A DNA stretch of 64,000 bases. It comes from an uncultured Chloroflexia bacterium. Lineage in GTDB: Bacteria; Chloroflexota; Limnocylindria; Limnocylindrales; CSP1-4. The notes below the pieces were generated by a model. The model saw only the letters and a list, made by a program, of their open reading frames with translations. It searched no databases and was not told where the DNA came from. The stretch lies in NCBI GenBank assembly GCA_963734535.1, contig CAVTHS010000007.1, forward strand, positions 209,936 through 273,935, in the 5' to 3' direction. Shown piece by piece: positions 29,273-39,506 of this stretch (position 1 is its first letter; each line of letters starts with the position of its first letter). Made by a program: the position numbers and the translations under genes.

Positions 29273-30648
29273 CTCGCTGTCGCCGCCTGGGCGGTCGCCG
29301 CCGGGGCGCTCGCCGCCGGCAGCTCGGCGCGAACGGTCGTCGGTCCGCCATCCGGGCTGTCGACGGACAGGGCGCCGTCGAGGGCCTCGACGCGACCGGC
29401 GAGGCCGGCAAGCCCGCCGGCGGGCAGGATCCGCGCGCCCCCGGCGCCGTCGTCCCAGACCTCCACCACGAGGCGGCTCGCCTCGCGCCGGCAGCGGATC
29501 TCGCAGCGGCCGGCCGACGCGTGCTTGGCGACGTTGGCAAGCGCCTCCGCCACCACGAAGTACGCCGCCCGCTCGGTCGCGTCCGGCAGCCGCTCGCCGG
29601 CGGCCAGCGTGCTCTCGACGAGCGTCGGCACCGGGCAGCGGCCCGCGATGTTGCTCAGCGCCGCGACCAGGCCGCGGTCGAGCAGGATCGGGGGTGCGAT
29701 CCCCCGCACGAGGTCGCGCAGCTCGGCGAGTGCCAGGCGGGCCTGGTCCTGTGCCTCGATGACGAGCGCGCGGGCGGCTGCCGGGTCGGTGTCGAGACGC
29801 TCCGCGGCAAGGCCGAGATCGATCGTCAGCATCACCAGGCGTTGTTGGGCGCCGTCGTGCAGGTCGCGTTCGATCCGGCGCAGCTCATCCGCCTCCACGT
29901 CGATGACGACCTTTCGGCTCTCCTCGAGCGTCTCGACGCGGCGCTGAAGCTGGCGCTGCTCCGAATCGCACAGCAACCCGGCCACGACCGCGCGATGAAG
30001 CGTCATCAGGCCCTGCGAGACGGAGGCGGCGATCGGGGCCACGATCAGGCCGGCCAGCCCGCCTGCGATGGCAACGGCGGCGGGGATCGTCGACGTCCCG
30101 GCCGCGCCGGGAGCGAGGCTCGAGGTGAGGAACCAGAGGGGCAGGGAGAGGAGCGCGAGGGAGGCCCCCCACAGCAGGACCGTCACGATGAACTCGAGGA
30201 TCGTGAGCGGAAGGGCGACGCCCACGTAGACGACGTCGAGCCAGCGGCTCGGATCGCCGAACTCGGCGAAGGCCAGGTCCCGCCAGCCGCTGCCGTACGG
30301 ACGGTAGGCGTGCGGTCGGAGCGGCCGTGGGTCGGCCAGGCCGGCCCGCCATCGCTCGATCCGGGCCAGCAGCCGAGACGCCTCGACCGCCAGGCCCATG
30401 ATCACCACGCCGATTCCGACGACGAGCAGGGATGCGCCCGTCGAGAAGATGCCGACGATCACGCTGAACGAGAAAAGCTCCACCCAGAACCCGAGCAGGA
30501 TCGAGAGAGTGGCGTACCAGGAGGATGGGTGGAGCGGCGAGAGGAGGAACGTGCCGATCGCGCCGCGGCTCCGCCCCCTGACCCGAGCGCCCAGGAGGGC
30601 GCTCAGGACCAGGAGTGATCCGAGGACGACGAACGGCGCGCCGATCAC
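29269..30648 (-). CDS. Membrane sensor histidine kinase (HisKA_3)
   Basis: RRIERDLHDGAQQRL, EALANVAKHA, DDGAGGA, DSPDGGPT; several TM helices. Confidence 0.92.
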   Translation of the reverse strand: MIGAPFVVLGSLLVLSALLGARVRGRSRGAIGTFLLSPLHPSSWYATLSILLGFWVELFSFSVIVGIFSTGASLLVVGIGVVIMGLAVEASRLLARIERWRAGLADPRPLRPHAYRPYGSGWRDLAFAEFGDPSRWLDVVYVGVALPLTILEFIVTVLLWGASLALLSLPLWFLTSSLAPGAAGTSTIPAAVAIAGGLAGLIVAPIAASVSQGLMTLHRAVVAGLLCDSEQRQLQRRVETLEESRKVVIDVEADELRRIERDLHDGAQQRLVMLTIDLGLAAERLDTDPAAARALVIEAQDQARLALAELRDLVRGIAPPILLDRGLVAALSNIAGRCPVPTLVESTLAAGERLPDATERAAYFVVAEALANVAKHASAGRCEIRCRREASRLVVEVWDDGAGGARILPAGGLAGLAGRVEALDGALSVDSPDGGPTTVRAELPAASAPAATAQAATAS

Positions 30649-31208
30649 GGCTGGAAGGAGCCGCGGCGGAGGGAGCCTGCGAGCAGGGCGAGACCCAGGC
30701 CCACGAGCAGCGCCGGGCCGAACCACGCGACGCCGGCCCAGCCGGGGATCACCGTGTTCGCCAGGGCGAACGCACCGAGGACGATCAGGAGGACGCCGGC
30801 ATAGAGGCCCCCGCGCCCGCCTCGGCGGTCCTCCGGACGCTGGTCGTGCCACGGGGCCTGCCACGCGGAGCCGGCCGGCCCGGCTCCGGGCTGCGCCCCG
30901 GTGCCGGGCTCATCGACGGCGCCCACTGCCGCGTCGCCCTGGTCGGGGACGGAGCCGGCGGCCGGAGGGGCGCCCCATGCGGGACCGGCCGGGTGCCACG
31001 ATCCGGGTCCGGGAAGCGTGCCCGGCTCGAGCGGCATGACGAAGGCGAGGATGATGTAGAGCAGGATCGTGAAGCCGCCGAAGAAGGCCGACACGATCCA
31101 CAGGATTCGGACGAGCGTCGGATCGAGCTCGAGGTATTCCGCCACGCCGGCGGCGACGCCCGCGAGCTGCCGGTCGCGACGGCAGCGATAGAGACGACGG
31201 GGGTTCAC
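30645..31208 (-). CDS. PspC domain membrane protein
   Basis: RRLYRCRRDRQLAGVAAGVAEYLELDPTLVRILW...LYIILAFVMP. Confidence 0.9.
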   Translation of the reverse strand: MNPRRLYRCRRDRQLAGVAAGVAEYLELDPTLVRILWIVSAFFGGFTILLYIILAFVMPLEPGTLPGPGSWHPAGPAWGAPPAAGSVPDQGDAAVGAVDEPGTGAQPGAGPAGSAWQAPWHDQRPEDRRGGRGGLYAGVLLIVLGAFALANTVIPGWAGVAWFGPALLVGLGLALLAGSLRRGSFQP

Positions 31209-32164
31209 TGGCAGCCTCCTGCAGGATTGATGTCCACGCTACCAACGTTGGCCGTGATGGTCACGTCCGCGTGGTGGTTTGCCATCGAATAGCCGGGGCT
31301 CTCCCACGTGTCACCGTTGCGGATGAGCCCCGTGTAGTGCGTCGCGGCCAGGACGTTGGTGGCGCGGACCCGCAGGCCCAGCTCGTTCGCCGCGCAGATC
31401 CTGAGCGAGCCGGCGCTGACCGAGAGGTCCGCGCCGAAGTCCGCGGCCGTCGGGAGGCGAACCGAAGCCGAGGCCGCGTTCACGCTCATCGAGAGGTCGG
31501 CCATCGTCGCCCCGGTCAGGTCGACCCTGGCTTCCCCGGCGTTCACGGCCAGCCGCACGTTCCCGAGCTGCGCGCCGGTGAGGTCGAACCGGCCTCGTCC
31601 CGCGTTCACCTCGGCCGTGAGGTCGAGCCTGCTGGCAGCCGGCAGCGAGAGTCGCCACACGTCGCCGCCACGGCTGAAGCCGAACGGCCGTCGCTGGCTC
31701 GAAGACGTCACCGAGAGCCGATCGGCCGAGACGTCGACCGCGGCGATCCCGCCCGAAGCGTTGCCGGCCTGGAGCTGCCAGCCGGTGCCCGGGGCGGTGG
31801 TGACCGAGAGATCGCCACACGCGAGCGTGAGGTCGACCGACGCGGCGCCGCCGAACGTACCCTGCCGCGTATCGAAGCTGGCGGGCTGGACACCACCGCA
31901 GTCCGGCACCATCCGCGGTACGGCGACGACCACTCCCCCGAGGAGGAGGCCGGGCATCGCGGCGGCGAGCATGCCGCCCGCCAGCCCGAACCTGGTTCGG
32001 CGCAGGAGCAGGCCGACGCCGAGGGCGATGACGGCCACGGGCCAGAGGCGCAGCGCCTGCGCCACGAGATCGTTGCTCATGGCGTCGCCCTGCGCGACGA
32101 GCGTCACGGCTCCCGCCGCGACGAAGAAGACCCCCCAGTAGAGGAACCGGCGATTCACGGTCAT
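31205..32164 (-). CDS. LiaF/LiaG-like membrane protein with beta-rich extracellular domain
   Basis: N-terminal TM segment LRLWPVAVIALGVGLLL; repeated VNAG beta motifs; in operon with pspC and kinase. Confidence 0.65.
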   Translation of the reverse strand: MTVNRRFLYWGVFFVAAGAVTLVAQGDAMSNDLVAQALRLWPVAVIALGVGLLLRRTRFGLAGGMLAAAMPGLLLGGVVVAVPRMVPDCGGVQPASFDTRQGTFGGAASVDLTLACGDLSVTTAPGTGWQLQAGNASGGIAAVDVSADRLSVTSSSQRRPFGFSRGGDVWRLSLPAASRLDLTAEVNAGRGRFDLTGAQLGNVRLAVNAGEARVDLTGATMADLSMSVNAASASVRLPTAADFGADLSVSAGSLRICAANELGLRVRATNVLAATHYTGLIRNGDTWESPGYSMANHHADVTITANVGSVDINPAGGCQ

Positions 32165-32508
32165 CGTGTGCTGCCTCCAGGCCGTCCATCGGTACGTGCG
32201 GTCGGCGGCTGCCGGGCATCGTGCCGGGCGCTGGCGCCGTCCCGCCCGGCCCACCAGTCGGGCCAGGTCCGATCGCGTTCGATGTCCACGACACTAGGGT
32301 TCGAGGAGGCGGCCGGCCAGCCGGGCACCCGGCATCTTCTGGGTGGGGCTAGCCCCCCGGTGCGCCAGCCGAGACGGACCGCGCGGTCGGCTCCGGGCCA
32401 CGGTGACGTCCCCGTCCGCCTCGTGACGAGTCGTCATGTCCGCGCCGCCATCCGGAGGGACGCTAACGCCGAACGTGGTGATGAATGGATACGAGGAGGA
32501 CACGCCAC

Positions 32509-33345
32509 ATGTCAACCGTCCGCACCGGTGCTGGTGCGATCGCCGCTGCCACGCCCATCCCGGCGCAGCGAGCCCGCTCCCTGCGTCGCTGGAACCGCTT
32601 CCTGGCCCTGGCTCACGGAGCGCAGTTCGTGCTGATGCTCCTGGTCTCGCGGACGACGGCGCTGTTCGAGCCCGTCGTGCCGACGGTTCGGCCACTCCTG
32701 ACGGATGGGAAGTTCACCGGACTCGAGCCTTCCAGCGTTCTCCTGGTCTCGTTCCCGCTGGCCTACCTCATCGCGAGCTTCCTGCTGATGAGCGCGGTTG
32801 CCCACGCCACGGCCGGCTGGGTCCTGCGAGGCCGCTACGAGGCCTGGCTGGCGCGGGGGATGAACCCACTGCGGTGGGTGGAGTACGCGTTCTCGTCGAC
32901 CGTGATGATCGTCGCCATCGCGTACCTCAGCTTCATCACCGACTTCCCCGCGCTCGTCGCAATTGCCGGCTGCAACGTCGCGATGATCCTGTTCGGGTGG
33001 AGCATGGAAGCGGCCAACGAGGGCCGCGAGCGGATCGACTGGAAGCACTTCGTCTTCGGCTGCATCGCCGGCGGCGTGCCGTGGATCGCGATCTTCTCCG
33101 TGCTGTGGGCATACTCGGCCCAGGCGGACCTGCCGGCCAAGGCGCAGATCCCGGGCTTCGTCTACGTGATCATCGCGAGCCTGTTCGTCGCCTTCAACAT
33201 CTTCGCCATCACGATGGTCCTCCAGTACCGGAAGACCGGCCGCTGGCGCGACTACCTCGTGGGAGAGAAGACGTACATGGTGCTGAGCCTGGTCGCGAAG
33301 TCGCTGCTTGCCTGGCAGGTCTGGTCCGGCACGCTCCGCCCGTAA
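32509..33345 (+). CDS. heR: Heliorhodopsin
   Basis: LRRWN...HGAQ, NPLRWVEYAFSSTVMI, GEKTYMVLSLVAKSLLAWQ with retinal-binding Lys; seven TM helices; GAGGAGG RBS. Confidence 0.95.
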   Translation: MSTVRTGAGAIAAATPIPAQRARSLRRWNRFLALAHGAQFVLMLLVSRTTALFEPVVPTVRPLLTDGKFTGLEPSSVLLVSFPLAYLIASFLLMSAVAHATAGWVLRGRYEAWLARGMNPLRWVEYAFSSTVMIVAIAYLSFITDFPALVAIAGCNVAMILFGWSMEAANEGRERIDWKHFVFGCIAGGVPWIAIFSVLWAYSAQADLPAKAQIPGFVYVIIASLFVAFNIFAITMVLQYRKTGRWRDYLVGEKTYMVLSLVAKSLLAWQVWSGTLRP

Positions 33346-33494
33346 CGCGCCAGGAGGCACGCGGCTGACATACCGCGCGAGCAGGTCGGTCAGCGAACGG
33401 CGCCCCGCGTGCGCGCCAGGCGCTGCTCGGCCATCATCGCGCCATGCCGGTCGCCAGCCGGATCGCTGGCACGTGCAAGAGAAGGGAAGGTCCC

Positions 33495-34463
33495 ATGCCG
33501 TCGTCGGGTGTCGTGCGCTGGGGGATCCTCGGGCCGGGCTCCATCGCGGCGCGTTTCATGCGCAACGCTCGCGAGGCAGCCCACTCCACGGTCGTCGCGG
33601 TCGGGAGCCGGACGCCCGAGCGAGCGGCGGCGTTCGCGGCGACGTTCGGGATCTCCCGCGCCCATGGCTCGTACGAGGCGCTTCTCGGCGACGCCGCGGT
33701 CGACGCCGTGTACATCGGCCTCCCGAACTCGCTCCACCATCCATGGACCATGCGCGCGCTCGCGGCCGGCAAGCACGTGCTGTGCGAGAAGCCGTACTCG
33801 CGGCACCCGGCCGAGGTGGCGGACGCGTTCGACGCCGCGGACGCCGCCGAGCGCGTGCTGATGGAGGCGTTCATGTGGCGCCACACGCCGCAGGCCCGGC
33901 GGTTCGTCGAGCTGCTTCCCGAGGTCGGCAGGCTTCAGGCGATCCGCGCCTCGTTCAGCTTCCGGATCGAGGACCAGGCCGACGTCCGACTCGCGGCCGA
34001 TCTCGACGGCGGAAGCCTGATGGACGTCGGCTGCTATTCGGTCAGCGGCGCCCGCCTGGTTGCCGGATCGGAACCGCTCCGCGTCCTCGGTGAGCAGACC
34101 CTGGCGCCCTCCGGGGTCGACATGACGTTCGCCGGCCTGCTGCGCTTCCCGGACGAGGTGATCGCCACGATCACATCGGGCTTCACGTCCGACGACGCAT
34201 CCCTCGAGGCGGTCGGGGATGCGAGCATTCTCGTGATGCGGTCTCCCTGGCAGGGCAAGGCGCGTGCGCTCTGGCTGGGAGATCGCGAGATCCCGGTCGC
34301 ACCGGTCGACCCCTACCCGCTGGAGCTCGAGAACATGAGCGCGGCGATCCTGGGCGAGGCCCAGCCCCTGCTGGGGCGTGATGACGCCATGGGCCAGGCG
34401 CGGGCGATCGCGGCGCTCTACGAGTCTGCGGCGTCAGGCGCGGCCGTCTCCGTCGAGCGCTGA
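33495..34463 (+). CDS. Gfo/Idh/MocA family oxidoreductase
   Basis: WGILGPGSIA, AGKHVLCEKP, GGSLMDVGCY. Confidence 0.92.
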   Translation: MPSSGVVRWGILGPGSIAARFMRNAREAAHSTVVAVGSRTPERAAAFAATFGISRAHGSYEALLGDAAVDAVYIGLPNSLHHPWTMRALAAGKHVLCEKPYSRHPAEVADAFDAADAAERVLMEAFMWRHTPQARRFVELLPEVGRLQAIRASFSFRIEDQADVRLAADLDGGSLMDVGCYSVSGARLVAGSEPLRVLGEQTLAPSGVDMTFAGLLRFPDEVIATITSGFTSDDASLEAVGDASILVMRSPWQGKARALWLGDREIPVAPVDPYPLELENMSAAILGEAQPLLGRDDAMGQARAIAALYESAASGAAVSVER

Positions 34464-34486
34464 TCGCGCCACCAGGGGAGCGGCCC

Positions 34487-34828
34487 TCACGTCTCCGCCC
34501 GGCCCGCCGTCACCGCCAGGACCGCGCCACGTGCGTCGCCGCTGGCGCCAAGCCGGACCTGCACGCCCATGGCAGCCAGCATCTGCAGCATCGGATCGCC
34601 CATGTGGTCCGCGACCACGACCTCGGTGCTCTTCTCGCGGAGGAACCGGGCGACACGGGCATGGTGGCCACCCTCGGAGCCCGTGTCGTGGAGCGCGTCC
34701 CAGCCGACATCGATCTCGTCCCAACGCGCGATCGCTCCATCCTGGACGTCCGCGACGGCGAGGCGCGCCGCACGGCCCCAGCGCGGGTCGATCTCACCGG
34801 CCGGCGTCACCGGCACACACACGATCAT
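34487..34828 (-). CDS. NifB/NifX family (FeMo-cofactor-binding domain) protein
   Basis: IDPRWGRAARLAV...HHARVARFL...VVVADHMG. Confidence 0.75.
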   Translation of the reverse strand: MIVCVPVTPAGEIDPRWGRAARLAVADVQDGAIARWDEIDVGWDALHDTGSEGGHHARVARFLREKSTEVVVADHMGDPMLQMLAAMGVQVRLGASGDARGAVLAVTAGRAET

Positions 34829-35013
34829 CAGGGTTGCTCCTCGCGCTGCCGTCATCCCGGGAAGCTGGCTGGGGCGACCGATGACCGGTGTCCCGGCGTG
34901 TCGGCCGTGGCCGGTCGATACCCACAGGCTACGGCAGAACCGCGGCTTCGACCCGGCGGGCCCCCGGTGGACCCCTTGCATCGAGATCGAGCGCCACCCT
35001 AGACTCCGCGCCC

Positions 35014-36234
35014 ATGGAGCATGCAGATGTCCTGGTCGTGGGGGGCGGGTCCGCCGGCCTCGCGGTGAGCCATGAGCTCGCCGGCCTTGGGATCGGCCAC
35101 GTCGTCCTGGAGCGCGGCCGGATCGGCCAGACCTGGCGGGATCGGTGGGACAGCTTCTGCCTGGTGACCCCGAACTGGTCCGTGCAGCTCCCGGGCGGGG
35201 TCTACGCGGGCGACGATCCCGACGGTTTCATGCACCGCGACGAGATCGTTGGCCATCTCGTTCGATACGCGGCCAATTCGGCGACGCCCGTCCGCGAGGG
35301 CGTCGCCGTCCGGACGATCGATCGCGGCCCTGGGGGCTTCGTCGCCCGGACATCGGCCGGCGACGTGCATGCCACCCGCGTTGTCCTGTGCACGGGAGCC
35401 TTCCAGCGCGCCCACCGTCCTGGCGGTGCCGGCTCGCTTCCGGCCGGCCTCCACCAGGTCGACATCGAGGGGTTCCGCAACGAAGCCAGCCTGCCGCCCG
35501 GGCCGATCCTGGTCGTCGGGAGCGGGCAGTCGGGCTGCCAGCTGGCGGAAGAGCTGCGGGAGGCCGGCCGCGAGGTCGTCCTTTCGTGCGGGAAGGCCCC
35601 CTGGGCGCCCCGCCGGCTGGGCGGCCGCGACCTCGTCTGGTGGCTTCTCGAATCGGGCTTCCTGGACCAGCCGGTGGCGGCCCTGCCTTCTCCTGCCGCC
35701 CGCCTCGCCGCGAACCCGCTGGCCACGGGCCATGGCGGCGGCCACGACCTGGACCTCCGGACCCTGCGGTCCATGGGGGTGGCGCTCGTCGGCCACTTCC
35801 TGGGGGCTGTGGGCACGCGCGCGCAATTCGCGGCGGACCTTGCCGACACGGTCGCCTGGGGCGATGCGCGGTACCGCGAGCTGATGGCGCAGGTGGTCCG
35901 GGTCGCCTCCGAGCGCGGGCTGCCGCGACCCGAGATCGCCGATCCCGGGCCGTTCGACGGTGCGGCGCCGGAGGAGGTCTCGCTCGAGGGTTTCGGGGCG
36001 GTCGTGTTCGCCGGCGGCTTCCGCCCTGACTTCCGGTCGTGGCTGCCCTGGGCCGACGCATTCGACGAGCTGGGCTTCCCGATCCAGGTCGACGGCGCCA
36101 GCACCGTGGTCGATGGCCTCTTCTTCGTGGGGACCCACTTCCTGCGGACGCGGAAGTCGTCGACCCTGTTCGGAGTAGGCGAGGACGCCGCGATCGTCGC
36201 GCGCGCGGTCGCCGCCCGCCTGACGGCCGGCTGA
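35014..36234 (+). CDS. Flavin-containing monooxygenase (CzcO-like)
   Basis: VVGGGSAGL, WRDRWDSFCLVTPNW, VVGSGQSGCQLAEEL. Confidence 0.85.
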   Translation: MEHADVLVVGGGSAGLAVSHELAGLGIGHVVLERGRIGQTWRDRWDSFCLVTPNWSVQLPGGVYAGDDPDGFMHRDEIVGHLVRYAANSATPVREGVAVRTIDRGPGGFVARTSAGDVHATRVVLCTGAFQRAHRPGGAGSLPAGLHQVDIEGFRNEASLPPGPILVVGSGQSGCQLAEELREAGREVVLSCGKAPWAPRRLGGRDLVWWLLESGFLDQPVAALPSPAARLAANPLATGHGGGHDLDLRTLRSMGVALVGHFLGAVGTRAQFAADLADTVAWGDARYRELMAQVVRVASERGLPRPEIADPGPFDGAAPEEVSLEGFGAVVFAGGFRPDFRSWLPWADAFDELGFPIQVDGASTVVDGLFFVGTHFLRTRKSSTLFGVGEDAAIVARAVAARLTAG

Positions 36235-36368
36235 CCGCGCACCCGCGCAGGGGCGGGCCACTCGCACCGCGGGGATTCCCCCGCCCGCGGGCCGGACGGC
36301 CCTTGATCGCGGTGGTCCGGCCGCGACGATTCGTCGAGCGTCCGCCCCCGACGAACCGGAGCACCTGG

Positions 36369-37484
36369 ATGAGCATGCGGCCACGGCTGCACTACCTCGA
36401 CAACCTGCGGGCCTTCGCGATCATCCTGGTGATCGTGCTGCACGCGGCGATCACCTACATGGCCGATCCGCCGTCATGGTGGTACGTCATCGACCCCGAC
36501 CGGAGCGTCGTCTTCACCTGGCTCGTCCTCGCCGTCGACGTCCCGATCATGCAGGTCCTGTTCTTCGTCGCCGGGTACTTCGCGGTTCGTTCGCTCCAGC
36601 GCCGCGGGCCCCAGGGGTTCATTCGCGAGAAGGTCCTGCGGCTCGCGGTCCCGTGGATCCTCGGGGTCGTGCTGCTGGCACCGCTCGCGACATACATGAG
36701 CTACGTCTCGCGGGGCGTGCCCACGGGCTACCTGCAGTTCTGGACCTCCGACTTCTGGGGGCCGATGTTCCAGCAGTCGGTCTACTGGTTCCTGGGCGTC
36801 CTGTTCGTCGCGTTCCTCGTCCTCGTCTACGCGTACGTCTACCCGGCACGATCGGCCCTGCAGGCCGAGTCGCCGCGAGTCGAGCAGCCGCGGGCCAGCC
36901 TGTTCCTCTGGTTCATCGTGCTGACGGCCGGCGGATCGCTCCTGGTGTCGCCGTACCTGGGACTCGACGACTGGCGGTCGCTCTCGTACCTGTTCGTCGT
37001 GCAGCCCGCCCGGGCCGCCTTCTACGTGGGGTACTTCGTCCTCGGCATCTACGCGGAGCGGCACGGCTGGTTCACGGAGGCCGGCTACCGGCCAGGGCTG
37101 GCGCCGTGGGGGGCGGGCTTTGTCGTCGCCGGCCTGGCCTACCTGTCCTTCCGGAATCTTGGCCCGGACCTGACCCTGCCGTCCAAGGCCCTCGAAGCCG
37201 CCCTGTTCAGCGCCTTCTGCCTGACCGGGCTCATCGCCGGCGTCGCCCTCTTCCGGCGCTGGGTCGACGGAGCCGGGCTGGCCTGGCGGACGCTCGCCGC
37301 CAACTCATTCGGCATCTATTACGTCCACCCGCTGGTGCTCTACCCGCTGGCGTACGTCCTCGTGGGAGTCGGGATCCCGGCGGTCGCCAAGCTCGCGATC
37401 CTCGTGCTCGCGACGCTTGTCGGGTCGCTCGTCGTGAGCGCGCTCGTCCTCAGGCGGGTTCCCGGGCTGCGGCGGATGTTCTGA
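36369..37484 (+). CDS. Acyltransferase family 3 membrane protein
   Basis: RLHYLDNLRAFAIILVIVLHA, FFVAGYF, YWFL, SFGIYYVH. Confidence 0.88.
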   Translation: MSMRPRLHYLDNLRAFAIILVIVLHAAITYMADPPSWWYVIDPDRSVVFTWLVLAVDVPIMQVLFFVAGYFAVRSLQRRGPQGFIREKVLRLAVPWILGVVLLAPLATYMSYVSRGVPTGYLQFWTSDFWGPMFQQSVYWFLGVLFVAFLVLVYAYVYPARSALQAESPRVEQPRASLFLWFIVLTAGGSLLVSPYLGLDDWRSLSYLFVVQPARAAFYVGYFVLGIYAERHGWFTEAGYRPGLAPWGAGFVVAGLAYLSFRNLGPDLTLPSKALEAALFSAFCLTGLIAGVALFRRWVDGAGLAWRTLAANSFGIYYVHPLVLYPLAYVLVGVGIPAVAKLAILVLATLVGSLVVSALVLRRVPGLRRMF

Positions 37485-37676
37485 CCGGACTCGCGGCGGA
37501 CTCGCGCCCGGCGCGACCGGGCGCACGCCGGCACCGCCGCGACAGGCGCATCTCGGGCGATTGGAGGCGGTGCTCCGATGCAGAAGCTCAACCGTTCGAA
37601 GCTCCGCGATACCTCAGAGGGTCGAACGCGACGTTGAGCCCTCGGGCGCTCCTGGTGCTGCCCCTGCCCGCCAACC

Positions 37677-38429
37677 TCATCTGGCGAAGAGCGTCAGCGC
37701 CACCATGATCCCGACCGTCACGACCACGCCGCGCAGTACGAGGGGCGACATCCGCCGTCCGATGACGGCGCCAACCTGGCCGCCCGCGATCGACCCGCCG
37801 GCGATGAGGGCCGCTGCCCACCAGTCGACAGGCGCGACGGCGATGAAGACGAGCGCGGCGACGGCATTCACGACCAGCGCGAGGACGTTCTTGAGTCCGT
37901 TGAGGCGCTGCAGGTCATCGGGGACGAAGCTCGCGAGCAGGGCAATGAAGAGCACGCTCTGCGCCGCCCCGAAATAGCCGCCGTAGATCGCGGTCAGGTA
38001 GACGAGCCCGACAAGCACGCGGGAGTGCTCCGCGCTCTGCCGGCGATGCCGGGCGACGAATGCCGCCAGTCGAGGCTGGATGGCCATGAGGACGCTCGCG
38101 ATGAGGATCAGGAACGGGACGATCCGGGAGAACGTGCTCGCGGGGAGCACCAGGAGGAGGAAGGCGCCGGTGATCCCTCCGAGCAGGGCGGCGACGCCGA
38201 GGCGAAGGACCCGTCGACCCTGTCCGGCGAGCTCACGCCGGTAGCCGACCACCCCGCTCGCCGATCCCGGGACGAGGCCGACGGTGTTGGAGACGTTGGC
38301 CACGAGGGGTGGGAAGCCGAACAGGAGCAGCGTCGGGAACGTGACGAGCGAGCCCGACCCGACGATGGTGTTGATCGTGCCCGCGGCGACGCCGGCCAGG
38401 ACGATCGCGACCGCCTCCGGGGGGTTCAC
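37677..38429 (-). CDS. TauE/SafE (TSUP) family membrane transporter
   Basis: AGTINTIVGSGSLVTFP, ANVSNT, IYGGYFGAAQ, NGLKN. Confidence 0.9.
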   Translation of the reverse strand: MNPPEAVAIVLAGVAAGTINTIVGSGSLVTFPTLLLFGFPPLVANVSNTVGLVPGSASGVVGYRRELAGQGRRVLRLGVAALLGGITGAFLLLVLPASTFSRIVPFLILIASVLMAIQPRLAAFVARHRRQSAEHSRVLVGLVYLTAIYGGYFGAAQSVLFIALLASFVPDDLQRLNGLKNVLALVVNAVAALVFIAVAPVDWWAAALIAGGSIAGGQVGAVIGRRMSPLVLRGVVVTVGIMVALTLFAR

Positions 38430-38493
38430 GACGCTTCAGCGTTGCGTCTGACGACCATCGTCCTGTTCGCGTGGGGCGCGGCCGAAGGCCGGG

Positions 38494-39465
38494 TCACGAG
38501 ATGTCGACCAGCACCTTCCCGGTGACGCGGCCTTCGACCGCTTCGTGCGCGGCGACGATCTCGTGCAGTGGGAAGTGGAGCTCGGGCAGCGGCACCAGGG
38601 CGCCGGCCTCCAGAGCCCGTGTGATGTCGGTCACGGCATCCATGATCTTCGACGGAGCGAGGTTGTAGACGAGGACGAACCGGAGCGTCGCATTGTTGAC
38701 CATCAGGCCCCGGACGGGCAGCGTCGGATCGGCCGCGTCGCTCGCGTACGCGACGATCACCCCGTCCCGCGCGAGCACCTGGAGGTCGGTCGCGAGGTTG
38801 GTGCCGATCGCCACGTCGACGACACGATCGACGCCAGCCGGGGCAGCCGAGCGAACGCTGGCCACGTGGTCGGGGGCGTGATAGTCGAAGACCAGCCGGG
38901 CTCCGGCGGCGAGTGCAAGGCGGCCCTTGTCCGCCGAGCTGACCGTCGCGAGCACCTCCGCGCCACCCCACGCCGCGAGCTGGATCGCGGCATTCCCCAC
39001 CGCGCCCGCGCCCCCGGTCACCAGGACGGAGCGACCGGTCACGGGTCCGTCGGCAAAGACGCAGCGATGGGCGGTGATGAAGGGAATGCCGAGTCCCGCA
39101 CCCTGCGCATAGGAGATGCCGGGGGGCAGGGGAACCGCCTGGTCGGCCGGCACGCAGGTGTACTCGGCCGCCGTGCCATTGGGTCGCCCGGCGGCCGCGT
39201 GATAGACCCACACCCGCTCGCCGGCTCGCGACGGGTCGACGCCCGCCCCGACCAGGTCGATGTCACCGGACCCGTCCTGGTTGGGGATCTGCCCGAATGT
39301 CGGTAGCTCGGGTCCTGCCGAGCGAACTTTCCAATCGGTCGGGTTCACTCCCGACACGCGGAGGCGGACACGCACCTCCCCGGGTCTCGGCATCGGGTCG
39401 GGCACGTCGATGATCTCCAGCACGCGCCGGGCCGGGCCCCGCTCGTGGTAGACGGCAGCTTGCAT
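38494..39465 (-). CDS. NADPH:quinone reductase (zeta-crystallin MDR family)
   Basis: GVNPTDWK, LGIPFITAH, VTGGAGAVG, GKVLV. Confidence 0.9.
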   Translation of the reverse strand: MQAAVYHERGPARRVLEIIDVPDPMPRPGEVRVRLRVSGVNPTDWKVRSAGPELPTFGQIPNQDGSGDIDLVGAGVDPSRAGERVWVYHAAAGRPNGTAAEYTCVPADQAVPLPPGISYAQGAGLGIPFITAHRCVFADGPVTGRSVLVTGGAGAVGNAAIQLAAWGGAEVLATVSSADKGRLALAAGARLVFDYHAPDHVASVRSAAPAGVDRVVDVAIGTNLATDLQVLARDGVIVAYASDAADPTLPVRGLMVNNATLRFVLVYNLAPSKIMDAVTDITRALEAGALVPLPELHFPLHEIVAAHEAVEGRVTGKVLVDIS

Positions 39466-39506
39466 CTCAGCCTCGCAGTCAATGCCCGGGTCGAGGGCGG
39501 TGGGAC

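Noticed and set aside
34487-34828. Nitrogen fixation inferred from the NifX-like gene
   Set aside because: No nifHDK or nifENB in the window; the domain is common in non-diazotrophs.
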